Origin: Balanoglossus misakiensis | Lineage: Eukaryota > Animalia > Hemichordata | Length of the DNA stretch: 64,000 bases | Direction: 5' to 3' | NCBI GenBank assembly: GCA_040954595.2 | Contig: CM082576.2 | Coordinates: 16,911,028-16,975,027, forward strand | In this document: one piece after another, positions 39,401 through 53,959 of the stretch | How positions within the stretch are numbered: the stretch's first letter is position 1 | Layout: the number at the start of each line of letters is the position of its first letter | Notes under the pieces: generated by a model | Seen by the model: only the letters and a program-made list of their open reading frames with translations | The model's database searches: none | What the model was told of the DNA's origin: nothing | Translations under genes and position numbers: made by a program

Positions 39401-42400
39401 TAGCTACATTGGTAGGCTGAAAGCTTACTTCCTGAGACTGTTTGAGCCAATGACGGGTAAGACCGCTTATGAAGTGGTGACCTAAGACAGGCGACACTCA
39501 GGCTTCACTTACAAAAAGTGGAAAATATAATAGCTACATTGGTAGGCTGAAAGCTTACTTCCTCAGACTGTTTGAGCCAATGACGGGTAAGACCGCTTAT
39601 GAAGTGGTGACCTAAGACAGGCGACAGTCAGGCTTCACTTACAAAAAGTGGAAAATATAATAGCTACATTGGTAGGCTGAAAGCTTACTCCCTGAGACTG
39701 TTAGAGCTAATGACGGGTAAGACCGCTTATGAAGTGGTGACCTAAGACTGGCGACAGTCAGGCTTCACTTACAAAAAGTGGAAAATATAATAGCTACATT
39801 GGTAGGCTGAAAGCTTACTTCCTGAGAGTGTTTGAGCCAATGACGGGTAAGACCGCTTATGAAGTGGTGACCTAAGACAGGCGACAGTCAGGCTTCACTT
39901 ACAAAAAGTGGAAAATATAATAGCTACATTGGTAGGCTGAAAGCTTACTCCCTGAGACTGTTTGAGCCAATGACGGGTAAGACCGCTTATGAAGTGGTGA
40001 CCTAAGACAGGCGACACTCAGGCTTCACTTACAATAAGTGGAAATTATAATAGCTACATTGGTAGGCTGAAAGCTTACTTCCTGAGACTGTTTGAGCCAA
40101 TGACGGGTAAGACCGCTTATGAAGTGGTGACCTAAGACAGGCGACACTCAGGCTTCACTTACAAAAAGTGGAAAATATAATAGCTACACTGGTTGGCTGA
40201 TAGCTTACTCCCTGGGACTGTTTGAGCCAATGACGGGTAAGACCGCTTATGAAGTGGTGACCTAAGACAGGCGACAGTCAGGCTTCACTTACAAAAAGTG
40301 GAAAATATAAAAGCTACATTGGTAGGCTGAAAGCTTACTCCCTGAGACTGTTTGAGCCAATGACGGGTAAGACCGCTTATGAAGTGGTGACCTAAGACAG
40401 GCGACACTCAGGCTTCACTTACAAAAAGTGGAAAATATAATAGCTACATTGGTAGGCTGATAGCTAATACTCCCTGATACTGTTTGAGCCAATGACGGGT
40501 AAGACCGCTTATGAAGTGGTGACCTAAGACAGGCGACAGTCAGGCTTCACTTACAAAAAGTGGAAAATATAATAGCTACATTGGTAGGCTGAAAGCTTAC
40601 TCCCTGAGACTGTTTGAGCCAATGATGGGTAAGACCGCTTATGAAGTGGTGACCTAAGACAGGCGACAGTCAGGCTTCACTTACAAAAAGTGGAAAATAT
40701 AATAGCTACATTGGTAGGCTGATAGCTTACTCCCTGAGACTGTTTGAGCCAATGACGGGTAAGACCGCTTATGAAGTGGTGACCTAAGACAGGCGACACT
40801 CAGGCTTCACTTACAAAAAGTGGAAAATATAATAGCTACATTGGTAGGCTGAAAGCTTACTCCCTGAGACTGTTTGAGCCAATGACGGGTAAGACCGCTT
40901 ATGAAGTGGTGACCTAAGACAGGCGACACTCAGGCTTCACTTACAAAAAGTGGAAAATATAATAGCTACACTGGTTGGCTGATAGCTTACTCCCTGGGAC
41001 TGTTTGAGCCAATGACGGGTAAGACCGCTTATGAAGTGGTGACCTAAGACAGGCGACAGTCAGGCTTCACTTACAAAAAGTGGAAAATATAAAAGCTACA
41101 TTGGTAGGCTGAAAGCTTACTCCCTGAGACTGTTTGAGCCAATGACGGGTAAGACCGCTTATGAAGTGGTGACCTAAGACAGGCGACACTCAGGCTTCAC
41201 TTACAAAAAGTGGAAAATATAATAGCTACATTGGTAGGCTGATAGCTAATACTCCCTGATACTGTTTGAGCCAATGACGGGTAAGACCGCTTATGAAGTG
41301 GTGACCTAAGACAGGCGACAGTCAGGCTTCACTTACAAAAAGTGGAAAATATAATAGCTACATTGGTAGGCTGAAAGCTTACTTCCTGAGACTGTTTGAG
41401 CCAATGACGAGAAAGACCGCTTATGAAGTGGTGACCTAAGACAGGCGACACTCAGGCTTCACTTACAAAAAGTGGAAAATATAATAGCTACATTGGTAGG
41501 CTGAAAGCTTACTTCCTGAGACTGTTTGAGCCAATGACGGGTAAGATCGCTTATGAAGTGGTGACCTAAGACAGGCGACACTCAGGCTTCACTTACAAAA
41601 AGTGGAAAATATAATAGCTACATTGGTAGGCTGAAAGCTTACTTCCTGAGACTGTTTGAGCCAATGACGGGTAAGACCGCTTATGAAGTGGTGACCTAAG
41701 ACAGGCGACACTCAGGCTTCACTTACAAAAAGTGGAAAATATAATAGCTACATTGGTAGGCTGAAAGCTTACTTCCTCAGACTGTTTGAGCCAATGACGG
41801 GTAAGACCGCTTATGAAGTGGTGACCTAAGACAGGCGACAGTCAGGCTTCACTTACAAAAAGTGGAAAATATAATAGCTACATTGGTAGGCTGAAAGCTT
41901 ACTCCCTGAGACTGTTAGAGCTAATGACGGGTAAGACCGCTTATGAAGTGGTGACCTAAGACTGGCGACAGTCAGGCTTCACTTACAAAAAGTGGAAAAT
42001 ATAATAGCTACATTGGTAGGCTGAAAGCTTACTTCCTGAGACTGTTTGAGCCAATGACGGGTAAGACCGCTTATGAAGTGGTGACCTAAGACAGGCGACA
42101 GTCAGGCTTCACTTACAAAAAGTGGAAAATATAATAGCTACATTGGTAGGCTGAAAGCTTACTCCCTGAGACTGTTTGAGCCAATGACGGGTAAGACCGC
42201 TTATGAAGTGGTGACCTAAGACAGGCGACACTCAGGCTTCACTTACAAAAAGTGGAAATTATAATAGCTACATTGGTAGGCTGAAAGCTTACTTCCTGAG
42301 ACTGTTTGAGCCAATGACGGGTAAGACCGCTTTTGAAGTGGTGACCTAAGACAGGCGACAGTCAGGCTTCACTTACAAAAAGTGGAAAATATAATAGCTA

Positions 42401-45400
42401 CATTGGTAGGCTGATAGCTTACTCCCTGATACTGTTTGAGCCAATGACGGGTAAGACCGCTTATGAAGTGGTGACCTAAGACAGGCGACAGTCAGGCTTC
42501 ACTGACAAAAAGTGGAAAATATAATAGCTACATTGGTAGGCTGAAAGCTTACTTCCTGAGACTGTTTGAGCCAATGACGGGTAAGACCGCTTATGAAGTG
42601 GTGACCTAAGACAGGCGACAGTCAGGCTTCACTTACAAAAAGTGGAATATATAATAGCTACATTGGTAGGCTGAAAGCTTACTCCCTGAGACTGTTTGAG
42701 CCAATGACGGGTAAGACCGCTTATGAAGTGGTGACCTAAGACAGGCGACACTCAGGCTTCACTTACAAAAAGTGGAAAATATAATAGCTACATTGGTAGG
42801 CTGAAAGCTTACTTCCTGAGACTGTTTGAGCCAATGACGGGTAAGACCGCTTATGAAGTGGTGACCTAAGACAGGTGACAATCAGGCTTCACTTACAAAA
42901 AGTGGAAAATATAATAGCTACATTGGTAGGCTGAAAGCTTACTCCCTGAGACTGTTTGAGCCAATGACGGGTAAGACCGCTTATGAAGTGGTGACCTAAG
43001 ACAGGCGACAGTCAGGCTTCACTTACAAAAAGTGGAAAATATAATAGCTACATTGGTAGGCTGATAGCTTACTCCCTGAGACTGTTTGAGCCAATGACGG
43101 GTAAGACCGCTTATGAAGTGGTGACCTAAGACAGGCGACAGTCAGGCTTCACTTACAAAAAGTGGAAAATATAATAGCTACATTGGTAGGCTGAAAGCTT
43201 ACTTCCTCAGACTGTTTGAGCCAATGACGGGTAAGACCGCTTATGAAATGGTGACCTAAGACAGGCGACAGTCAGGCTTCACTTACAAAAAGTGGAAAAT
43301 ATAATAGCTACATTGGTAGGCTGAAAGCTTAATTCCTCAGACTGTTTGAGCCAATGACGGGTAAGACCGCTTATGAAGTGGTGACCTAAGACAGGCGACA
43401 GTCTGGCTTCACTTACAAAAAGTGGAAAATATAATAGCTACATTGGTAGGCTGAAAGCTTACTTCCTGAGACTGTTTGAGCCAATGACGGGTAAGACCGC
43501 TTATAAAGTGGTGACCTAAGACAGGCGACAGTCAGGCTTCACTTACAAAAAGTGGAAAATATAATAGCTACATTGGTAGGCTGATAGCTTACTTCCTGTG
43601 ACTGTTTGAGCCAATGACGGGTAAGACCGCTTATGAAGTGGTGACCTAAGACAGGCGACAGTCAGGCTTCACTTACAAAAAGTGGAAAATATAATAGCTA
43701 CATTGGTAGGCTGAAAGCTTACTCCCTGAGACTGTTTGAGCCAATGACGGGTAAGACCGCTTATGAAGTGGTGACCTAAGACAGGCGACAGTCAGGCTTC
43801 ACTTACAAAAAGTGGAAAATAAAATAGCTACATTGGTAGGCTGAAAGCTTACTTCCTCAGACTGTTTGAGCCAATGACGGGTAAGACCGCTTATGAAATG
43901 GTGACCTAAGACAGGCAACAGTCAGGCTTCACTTACAAAAAGTGGAAAATATAATAGCTACATTGGTAGGCTGAAAGCTTACTTCCTCAGACTGTTTGAG
44001 CCAATGACGGGTAAGACCACTTATGAAGTGGTGACCTAAGACAGGCGACAGTCTGGCTTCACTTACAAAAAGTGGAAAATATAATAGCTACATTGGTAGG
44101 CTGAAAGCTTACTTCCTGAGACTGTTTGAGCCAATGACGGGTAAGACCGCTTATAAAGTGTTGACCTAAGACAGGCGACAGTCAGGCTTCACTTACAAAA
44201 AGTGGAAAATATAATAGCTACATTGGTAGGCTGATAGCTTACTCCCTGTGACTGTTTGAGCCAATGACGGGTAAGACCGCTTATGAAGTGGTGACCTAAG
44301 ACAGGCGACAGTCAGGCTTCACTTACAAAAAGTGGAAAATATAATAGCTACATTGGTAGGCTGAAAGCTTACTCCCTGAGACTGTTTGAGCCAATGACGG
44401 GTAAGACCGCTTTTGAAGTGGTGACCTAAGACAGGCGACAGTCAGGCTTCACTTACAAAAAGTGGAAAATATAATAGCTACATTGGTAGGCTGAAAGCTT
44501 ACTTCCTCAGACTGTTTGAGCCAATGACGGGTAAGACTGCTTATGAAGTGGTGACCTAAGACAGGCGACAGTCTGGCTTCACTTACAAAAAGTGGAAATT
44601 ATAATAGCTACATTGGTAGGCTGAAAGCTTACTCCCTGAGACTGTTTGAGCCAATGACGGGTAAGACCGCTTATGAAGTGGTGACCTAAGACAGGCGACA
44701 GTCAGGCTTCACTTACAAAAAGTGGAAAATATAATAGCTACATTGGTTGGCTGATAGCTTACTCCCTGAGACTGTTTCAGCCAATGACGGGTAAGACCGC
44801 TTATGAAGTGGTGACCTAAGACAGGCGACAGTCAGGCTTCACTGACAAAAAGTGGAAAATATAATAGCTACATTGGTAGGCTGAAAGCTTACTCCCTGAG
44901 ACTGTTTGAGCTAATGACGGGTAAGACCGCTTATGAAGTGGTGACCTAAGACAGGCGACAGTCAGGCTTCACTTACAAAAAGTGGAAAATATAATAGCTA
45001 CATTGGTAGGCTGATAGCTTACTCCCTGAGACTGTTTGAGCCAATGACGGGTAAGACCGCTTATGAAGTGGTGACCTAAGACAGGCGACAGTCAGGCTTC
45101 ACTTACAAAAAGTGGAAAATATAACAGCTACATTGGTTGGCTGAAAGCTTACTTCCTGAGACTGTTTGAGCCAATGACGGGTAAGACCGCTTATGAAGTG
45201 GTGACCTAAGACAGGCGACACTCAGGCTTCACTTACAAAAAGTGGAAAATATAATAGCTACATTGGTAGGCTGAAAGCTTACTTCCTGAGACTGTTTGAG
45301 CCAATGACGGGTAAGACCGCTTATGAAGTGGTGACCTAAGACAGGCGACAGTCAGGCTTCACTTACAAAAAGTGGAAAATATAATAGCTACATTGGTAGG

Positions 45401-48400
45401 CTGAAGGTTACTTCCTCAGACTGTTTGAGCCAATGACGGGTAAGACCGCTTTTGAAGTGGTGACCTAAGACAGGCGACAGTCAGGCTTCACTTACAAAAA
45501 GTGGAAAATATAATAGCTACATTGGTAGGCTGAAAGCTTACTTCCTCAGACTGTTTGAGCCAATGACGGGTAAGACCGCTTATGAAGTGGTGACCTAAGA
45601 CAGGCGACAGTCAGGCTTCACTTACAAAAAGTGGAAAATATAATAGCTACATTGGTAGGCTGAAAGCTTACTGCCTGAGACTGTTTGAGCCAATGACGGG
45701 TAAGACCACTTATGAAGTGGTGACCTAAGACAGGCGACAGTCAGGCTTCACTTACAAAAAGTGGAAAATATAATAGCTACATTGGTAGGCTGATAGCTTA
45801 CTCCCTGAGACTGTTTGAGCCAATGACGGGTAAGACCGCTTATGAAGTGGTGACCTAAGACAGGCGACACTCAGGCTTCACTTACAAAAAGTGGAAAATA
45901 TAATAGCTACATTGGTAGGCTGAAAGCTTACTCCCTGAGACTGTTTGAGCCAATGACGGGTAAGACCGCTTATGAAGTGGTGACCTAAGACAGGCGACAC
46001 TCAGGCTTCACTTACAAAAAGTGGAAAATATAATAGCTACATTGGTAGGCTGAAAGCTTACTTCCTGAGACTGTTTGAGCCAATGACGGGTAAGACCGCT
46101 TATGAAGTGGTGACCTAAGACAGGCGACAGTCAGGCTTCACGTACAAAAAGTGGAAAATATAATAGCTACATTGGTAGGCTGAAAGCTTACTCCCTGAGA
46201 CTGTTTGAGCCAGTGACGGGTAAGACCACTTATGAAGTGGTGACCTAAGACAGGCGACAGTCAGGCTTCACTTACAAAAAGTGGAAAATATAATAGCTAC
46301 ATTGGTAGGCTGAAAGCTTACTCCCTGAGACTGTTTGAGCCAATGATGGGTAAGACCGCTTATGAAGTGGTGACCTAAGACAGGCGACAGTCAGGCTTCA
46401 CTTACAAAAAGTGGAAAATATAATAGCTACATTGGTAGGCTGATAGCTTACTCCCTGAGACTGTTTGAGCCAATGACGGGTAAGACCGCTTATGAAGTGG
46501 TGACCTAAGACAGGCGACACTCAGGCTTCACTTACAAAAAGTGGAAAATATAATAGCTACATTGGTAGGCTGAAAGCTTACTCCCTGAGACTGTTTGAGC
46601 CAATGACGGGTAAGACCGCTTATGAAGTGGTGACCTAAGACAGGCGACACTCAGGCTTCACTTACAAAAAGTGGAAAATATAATAGCTACACTGGTTGGC
46701 TGATAGCTTACTCCCTGGGACTGTTTGAGCCAATGACGGGTAAGACCGCTTATGAAGTGGTGACCTAAGACAGGCGACAGTCAGGCTTCACTTACAAAAA
46801 GTGGAAAATATAAAAGCTACATTGGTAGGCTGAAAGCTTACTCCCTGAGACTGTTTGAGCCAATGACGGGTAAGACCGCTTATGAAGTGGTGACCTAAGA
46901 CAGGCGACACTCAGGCTTCACTTACAAAAAGTGGAAAATATAATAGCTACATTGGTAGGCTGATAGCTTACTCCCTGATACTGTTTGAGCCAATGACGGG
47001 TAAGACCGCTTATGAAGTGGTGACCTAAGACAGGCGACAGTCAGGCTTCACTGACAAAAAGTGGAAAATATAATAGCTACATTGGTAGGCTGAAAGCTTA
47101 CTTCCTGAGACTGTTTGAGCCAATGACGGGTAAGACCGCTTATGAAGTGGTGACCTAAGACAGGCGACACTCAGGCTTCACTTACAAAAAGTGGAAAATA
47201 TAATAGCTACATTGGTAGGCTGAAAGCTTACTTCCTGAGACTGTTTGAGCCAATAACGGGTAAGACCGCTTATGAAGTGGTGACCTAAGACAGGCGACAC
47301 TCAGGCTTCACTTACAAAAAGTGGAAAATATAATAGCTACATTGGTAGGCTGAAAGCTTACTCCCTGAGACTGTTTGAGCCAATGACGGGTAAGACCGCT
47401 TATGAAGTGGTGACCTAAGACAGGCGACACTCAGGCTTCACTTACAAAAAGTGGAAAATATAATAGCTACACTGGTTGGCTGATAGCTTACTCCCTGGGA
47501 CTGTTTGAGCCAATGACGGGTAAGACCGCTTATGAAGTGGTGACCTAAGACAGGCGACAGTCAGGCTTCACTTACAAAAAGTGCAAAATATAAAAGCTAC
47601 ATTGGTAGGCTGAAAGCTTACTCCCTGAGACTGTTTGAGCCAATGACGGGTAAGACCGCTTATGAAGTGGTGACCTAAGACAGGCGACACTCAGGCTTCA
47701 CTTACAAAAAGTGGAAAATATAATAGCTACATTGGTAGGCTGATAGCTTACTCCCTGATACTGTTTGAGCCAATGACGGGTAAGACCGCTTATGAAGTGG
47801 TGACCTAAGACAGGCGACAGTCAGGCTTCACTGACAAAAAGTGGAAAATATAATAGCTACATTGGTAGGCTGAAAGCTTACTTCCTGAGACTGTTTGAGC
47901 CAATGACGGGTAAGACCGCTTATGAAGTGGTGACCTAAGACAGGCGACACTCAGGCTTCACTTACAAAAAGTGGAAAATATAATAGCTACATTGGTAGGC
48001 TGAAAGCTTACTTCCTGAGACTGTTTGAGCCAATAACGGGTAAGACCGCTTATGAAGTGGTGACCTAAGACAGGCGACACTCAGGCTTCACTTACAAAAA
48101 GTGGAAAATATAATAGCTACATTGGTAGGCTGAAAGCTTACTCCCTGAGACTGTTTGAGCTAATGACGGGCAAGACCGCTTATGAAGTGGTGACCTAAGA
48201 CTGGCGACAGTCAGGCTTCACTTACAAAAAGTGGAAAATATAATAGCTACATTGGTAGGCTGAAAGCTTACTTCCTGAGACTGTTTCAGCCAATGACGGG
48301 TAAGACCGCTTATGAAGTGGTGACCTAAGACAGGCGACAGTCAGGCTTCACTTACAAAAAGTGGAAAATATAATAGCTACATTGGTAGGCTGAAAGCTTA

Positions 48401-49939
48401 CTCCCTGAGACTGTTTGAGCCAATGACGGGTAAGACCGCTTATGAAGTGGTGACCTAAGACAGGCGACACTCAGGCTTCACTTACAAAAAGTGGAAAATA
48501 TAATAGCTACATTGGTAGGCTGAAAGCTTACTTCCTGAGACTGTTTGAGCCAATGACGGGTAAGACCGCTTATGAAGTGGTGACCTAAGACAGGCGACAG
48601 TCAGGCTTCACTTACAAAAAGTGGAAAATATAATAGCTACATTGGTAGGCTGATAGCTTACTCCCTGATACTGTTTGAGCCAATGACGGGTAAGACCGCT
48701 TATGAAGTGGTGACCTAAGACAGGCGACAGTCAGGCTTCACTTACAAAAAGTGGAAAATATAATAGCTACATTGGTAGGCTGAAAGCTTACTTCCTGAGA
48801 CTGTTTGAGCCAATGACGGGTAAGACCGCTTATGAAGTGGTGACCTAAGACAGGCGACACTCAGGCTTCACTTACAAAAAGTGGAAAATATAATAGCTAC
48901 ATTGGTAGGCTGAAAGCTTACTTCCTGAGACTGTTTGAGCCAATGACGGGTAAGACCGCTTATGAAGTGGTGACCTAAGACAGGCGACAGTCAGGCTTCA
49001 CTTACAAAAAGTGGAAAATATAATAGCTACATTGGTAGGCTGATAGCTTACTCCCTGATACTGTTTGAGCCAATGACGGGTAAGACCGCTTATGAAGTGG
49101 TGACCTAAGACAGGCGACACTCAGGCTTCACTTACAAAAAGTGGAAAATATAATAGCTACATTGGTTGGCTGATAGCTTACTCCCTGAGACTGTTTGAGC
49201 CAATGACGGGTAAGACCGCTTATGAAGTGGTGACCTAAGACAGGCGACAATCTGGCTTCACTTACAAAAAGTGGAAAATATAATAGCTACATTGGTAGGC
49301 TGAAAGCTTACTCTCTGAGACTGTTTGAGCTAATGACGGGTAAGACCGCTCTTGAAGTGGTGACCTAAGACTGGCGACAGTCAGGCTTCACTTACAAAAA
49401 GTGGAAAATGTAATAGCTACATTGGTAGGCTGAAAGCTTACTTCCTGAGACTGTTTGAGCCAATGACGGGTAAGACCGCTTATGAAGTGGTGACCTAAGA
49501 CAGGCGACAGTCAGGCTTCACTTACAAAAAGTGGAAAATATAATAGCTACATTGGTAGGCTGAAAGCTTACTCCCTGAGACTGTTTGAGCCAATGACGGG
49601 TAAGACCGCTTATGAAGTGGTGACCTAAGACAGGCGACACTCAGGCTTCACTTACAAAAAGTGGAAAATATAATAGCTACATTGGTAGGCTGAAAGCTTA
49701 CTTCCTGAGACTGTTTGAGCCAATGACGGGTAAGACCGCTTATGAAGTGGTGACCTAAGACAGGCGACAGTCAGGCTTCACTTACAAAAAGTGGAAAATA
49801 TAATAGCTACATTGGTAGGCTGAAAGCTTACTCCCTGAGACTGTTTGAGCCAATGACGGGTAAGACCGCATATGAAATGGTGACCTAAGACAGGCGACAG
49901 TCAGGCTTCACTTACAAAAAGTGGAAAACATAATAGCTA
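3448..49939. repeat. 130-bp satellite DNA, left arm, about 357 head-to-tail copies
   Basis: Consensus AGCCAATGACGGGTAAGACCGCTTATGAAGTGGTGACCTAAGACAGGCGACAGTCAGGCTTCACTTACAAAAAGTGGAAAATATAATAGCTACATTGGTAGGCTGAAAGCTTACTCCCTGAGACTGTTTG repeats with period 130 in a single orientation, typically 0-4 differences per copy, with one HindIII site (AAGCTT) per consensus unit. Confidence 0.99.
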
Positions 49940-49964
49940 CAGTCCCAACACCGTACAACAACTA
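49940..49964 (+). repeat. Left terminal inverted repeat (bipartite, 11+6+8 bp)
   Basis: CAGTCCCAACA-ccgtac-AACAACTA matches the reverse complement of the right end, CAGTCCCAACA-gaacat-AACAACTA. Confidence 0.9.
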
Positions 49965-50260
49965 AACTGTACGGGAAAGTTCCCGCACTAGTTGTAGCAG
50001 TGTTGTAGCAGAGATGTTACGGCAACACCTCTATTGTTGGTTAATTGATGTTTTTTGTCTTAGTTTACGGCAACTACAAAGGTTCCCGTAGTTTGAAACA
50101 AAAGAATGTGTGCTCCATTACGGCAATTTGGGGCAGGTGTTACGGCAAGAAGGGCTAATGGGGAGGTGATTATCACCTGATGTGAACAATAGTTGTAGCA
50201 ATGTCTATGTGTGATAATGAGCTCCGCCCATGTGGATTTTTGCTTGGTTGCGGGCAATTA
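49965..50260. repeat. Left subterminal motif array of the 4.4-kb element
   Basis: TTACGGCAA x4 (50017, 50065, 50118, 50140), GTTGTAGCA x3, GTTCCCGTAG (50082) and AACACCTCTA. Confidence 0.8.
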
Positions 50261-53200
50261 ATGTCCTGGCCTCACTAAGCAAATGCATTCCTTGCAAATC
50301 TTGACAGTGGGAAAGTCAGTTGTCAACCTTACCTAATATTTCCCCTGTCTCAGTAGCTTTACATAGCTAGCTGACCGACTGCAAAGTTTTGTGTTGTGAC
50401 TTATGCAGAACGCAAGCGGTTCTAAAAATAAACTTCCATAACACTTGGCGGTAAGTTGGCAGAGTATTGACTAATATGTTGCAATTGACGTACATTTTGT
50501 GACAACTAGGGCAAGGCCAACAACCTAATCAGGATATGCAAATTAGGTAAAGACGCACTCAAAACAGCAAGGGACGCAATTTGTGGTTTCATTGCTTCCC
50601 CAGAGACTTGGGTAATAAAAAGCAAGCGCGACCACTGATAAAAGACAGCTGAATTCACAGCATCCATTACGGCCTACCGTTCACCATACAATACACGTCT
50701 TACTGTGTAGTGGGAGGTCAAAATGTTTTTTTTTTCATCAACTTGAACTCAGTATTATTCAACAAAAACATCTGCAAAAGATCCACTGTAAAAATCTAGC
50801 CGGATTCGACTTGCCACTTGCTTCAAATAGAAGTCCAAATATTTCTCTAGGCACATGAGTGTTCACAATATTTCAAATGAAAAAAGTATAAAGAACACTA
50901 GCTTCCATTTAGGTTTACAGTCAAACAATGAATGGGGTGATAGACTGCCGATTGTCTTTACTTTCAAGTTGGAGGACACATCCCTTGGGAAACATTAACA
51001 GAGAACGTAGGTACGGGCACCAGAAATTGACCAGTGGCCTTACTTTAATATCGGTGGTTAAGATATGACAGTGTGGGCCCGCCCTGCCCCCGCGGCCCAT
51101 TACCTGGCAAGAACAATGTGCAACTGACAACGCCAAGTCTCAAATTACATTACATTGCATATTATTGAAATATGTATTCTTGATAAATTGTCTTTATTGT
51201 TGTGTTTATTTGTGTGTGAGAGAAAAAGAGCCGGCCTAGTACCGCAAGATGTGTTGTGCGGGTCAGGTTATTTGCTTGGCGCTAGCTTTTCAACGCTGTA
51301 TTTTCTTGCCTACATGAATTTGTATTTCCTGCCTTGAGTGGGTCTTTTCGTCCAAATTTTATAGTTCTCAATGAGCGCGAGCGTACACAACAGAATGGGG
51401 GCAGTGCTGTATATTATTCGTCCGGATATACTGTAAAGACGGCTCATTGAATGTATTTTATCAGACGCGGACTTGCCGGTCAAGAGACGTAGCCAGACAA
51501 TGATAGACAGGCAAATTGTATCAAAGTTCTGCCCACGCGCACGTGGCTTGCTTAGACGTAAACAAATTGCGTGACTGTATAATGAGTAAACACGATAGGG
51601 GAACTTTCCGATCCCAGGAAAATGGCAGCGCAATATCAGCACATTGAATCACTTGCCGATCCAATCAGTTCCATTCTCACACTATCGAACTTCTCTTTTT
51701 ATCATGTCTCTTTCCAAAGTTTGTCATTGCACTGGTGAAAACAAACGTTTGTTTTCTGCCTGTTTTTAACATCTTCCCAGACTAATCACATGGGTAAACG
51801 TTGTAATCTCCGCTATCGGGGAATAAACCTGTGTTTACAAGTGGCATCAACTTGCAAATGAAACATTTTGTCATTTAGAAGTTTTCCAGTAAAAATAGAG
51901 GGGGCGGGCGTACTCCATCACAAGCACAGGTCGGCCAGTATTTTAATGTGCAGGTCGGCCCGGTGCGGAACACGGGTTGTTTTGCATATCATGCATGAAT
52001 GGATAGAATTTGCGTGCAAAATAAACTTTTGCCAGATACACAACCTGTGCATACTACGTATGCACGTACGTCTGTAAATCCACCTTGGCGGAAGGATGAA
52101 TCAAACGTATTAATAAAGTTGGCCCAGCTGATACGAATCGAGTCTTGCTTTGCTCAAATATATTCTGCGATAATTGCTGTGATTAGCGGTTTGTCATTTC
52201 CAGATGCAAGGTAGTAGACAGGTGGCTTACCACCAGGTTAAAAGAAAGGTGCGTGGACAATCAATCACTCCCCTTGTATAAATGTACATAATCCCATCTT
52301 AGCAGTTTGTCCTGGTTGAAATTCGGCGACAACCATGACAATGAGTGTATGTAAAATGCGCTCAAGGTCTGTCTGTAAAAAACAAGGTCAAATGGCAAGT
52401 CTTTCGCAAAAATAATCCCCATGTCCAGACAAGAATGTTATCGTTTTCAAATAATTTGTTCAGTGAGGTTTCTTTTTGCTGCGACCCTCACCAATTAAAA
52501 AGTGTGCTGACCGAGGTCATTGCCTAAGCGACGTAAATTCCTTACGCCACCCCCCCCCCCCCACCGTCGCACGCTGGCGCAAGGCCGTACGTTGCCTTAG
52601 TGACTCAAATTTCTCTACACAAACGGGAACTGATAAACTCCGAGACGCTCAGTGTTTGAGAACATGGAGAACGGTCTCAGTCTAATCTTCGTGTCATTAT
52701 CTAGAATAGAAAATATATTTGGATATAACATATGATGTTGTGTTGTGTTTCACCCGTTTAGTAATTTGGAAGCCCATTGCTCATTTTACAATGTTGAGTA
52801 TAGTGAATGTGTTGGCAAAAAAAACAAACAAATATTATTATGTGGCACTCATAAAAACCACCCTGGAAACACACGCACTTGTGTGTGTTGTTTGTGTAAC
52901 CACGGTGAATCCCCATTGTGTGGAGTGACCGTGGTGTGAGAGAGTTTTCGCGTGTGGATATGATGGATGGAAATTAGCGCGCGGCCGCTATTGAGGTCAC
53001 CAGGAAGCTTTCCAATGTGGAACAGCTTCAGTCCGTCCGCGACGCGAAACACCCGACATTGTAATATCCGAGTCAGATTCGGAGAATGAACCAAAACAAC
53101 TCAACAATTCCGGTAGAGAAAGGGCATGATTTCCATGATGCCGATGCATCATTTTGTTCAGAAATCTACACGCAAATTAATTTTATTAAACAGTTAAATG

Positions 53201-53959
53201 AAACAAAAAATAAAAATAAATGTATCAATGTGTGTGCGTGGGTCAACAATTTAACTGGCTCAATCAATCTGATTGATAGACCCGGCAGCAAAGTGTATCA
53301 ACCTTGTTCAACAAACAAATTGCGTGAATATATAATGAGTAAACATGTAGGTCATTCATCCCAAACCGGCCAACTAATTGCTGCCAGTCACTTCCCGTCA
53401 TGTTCAAGCGCTGCCCGTCGAAAAACGAGTGTATCCATTGCCGTAATAATAGAATATTGAAATAATACAGACCATTACTACTTATGAAACCCTTCAAAAT
53501 TATAGTCAAGAAGACTCTCACAACGTGTCTGTTCTAAAGATCAAACTGCAGCTGATCGTGGTACTACAGGCCAACATTATCTTGTAAACAAGCCGTACTA
53601 TTTGTTATCAGGGGGGGGGGCAAGGGTAAAAAAATGAAAGCCATTGTCTTTTAAGCTAAACCCAATTGTGAAATGCATCAGTGTGTTTGATTTTCCATTG
53701 GTCATGCTTTGTCTCTCTCAAATATTAATTGGTCCAGCTCCTTGAAAGAAAAGAAACCCCAGCAAAGCATGTTCATTCTACAACACTGGGGTAGGGATGT
53801 GTTGACCTCTGTTCATGTCCACAGACTGTTCTGTTACCAAGAGAGTTCAGACTTTGTCTATGAACATAACATCGATCCAAAACTGACTTCATTGGTATTT
53901 GATGTCAGCCCTTTGCCATTTTATTTTTAGACAGAGCTTCTTTTGTAAACTTTGTGATA

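Noticed and set aside
3448-49939. Repetitive protein-coding region
   Set aside because: Unit length is not a multiple of 3 and the ORF track lists no ORFs in the array.
51927-51939. 13-bp match CAGGTCGGCCAGT shared with hAT exon 1 (44-56)
   Set aside because: One match of this length is roughly expected by chance between kb-sized sequences, and it does not extend.
52047-52065. Hairpin GTGCATAC-tac-GTATGCAC as a Helitron 3' end
   Set aside because: No CTRR terminus at the expected distance and no other Helitron features.
50060-53930. Short ORFs (60-124 aa) inside the 4.4-kb element
   Set aside because: They overlap on both strands, mostly have non-ATG starts and show no recognisable domain; consistent with chance ORFs.
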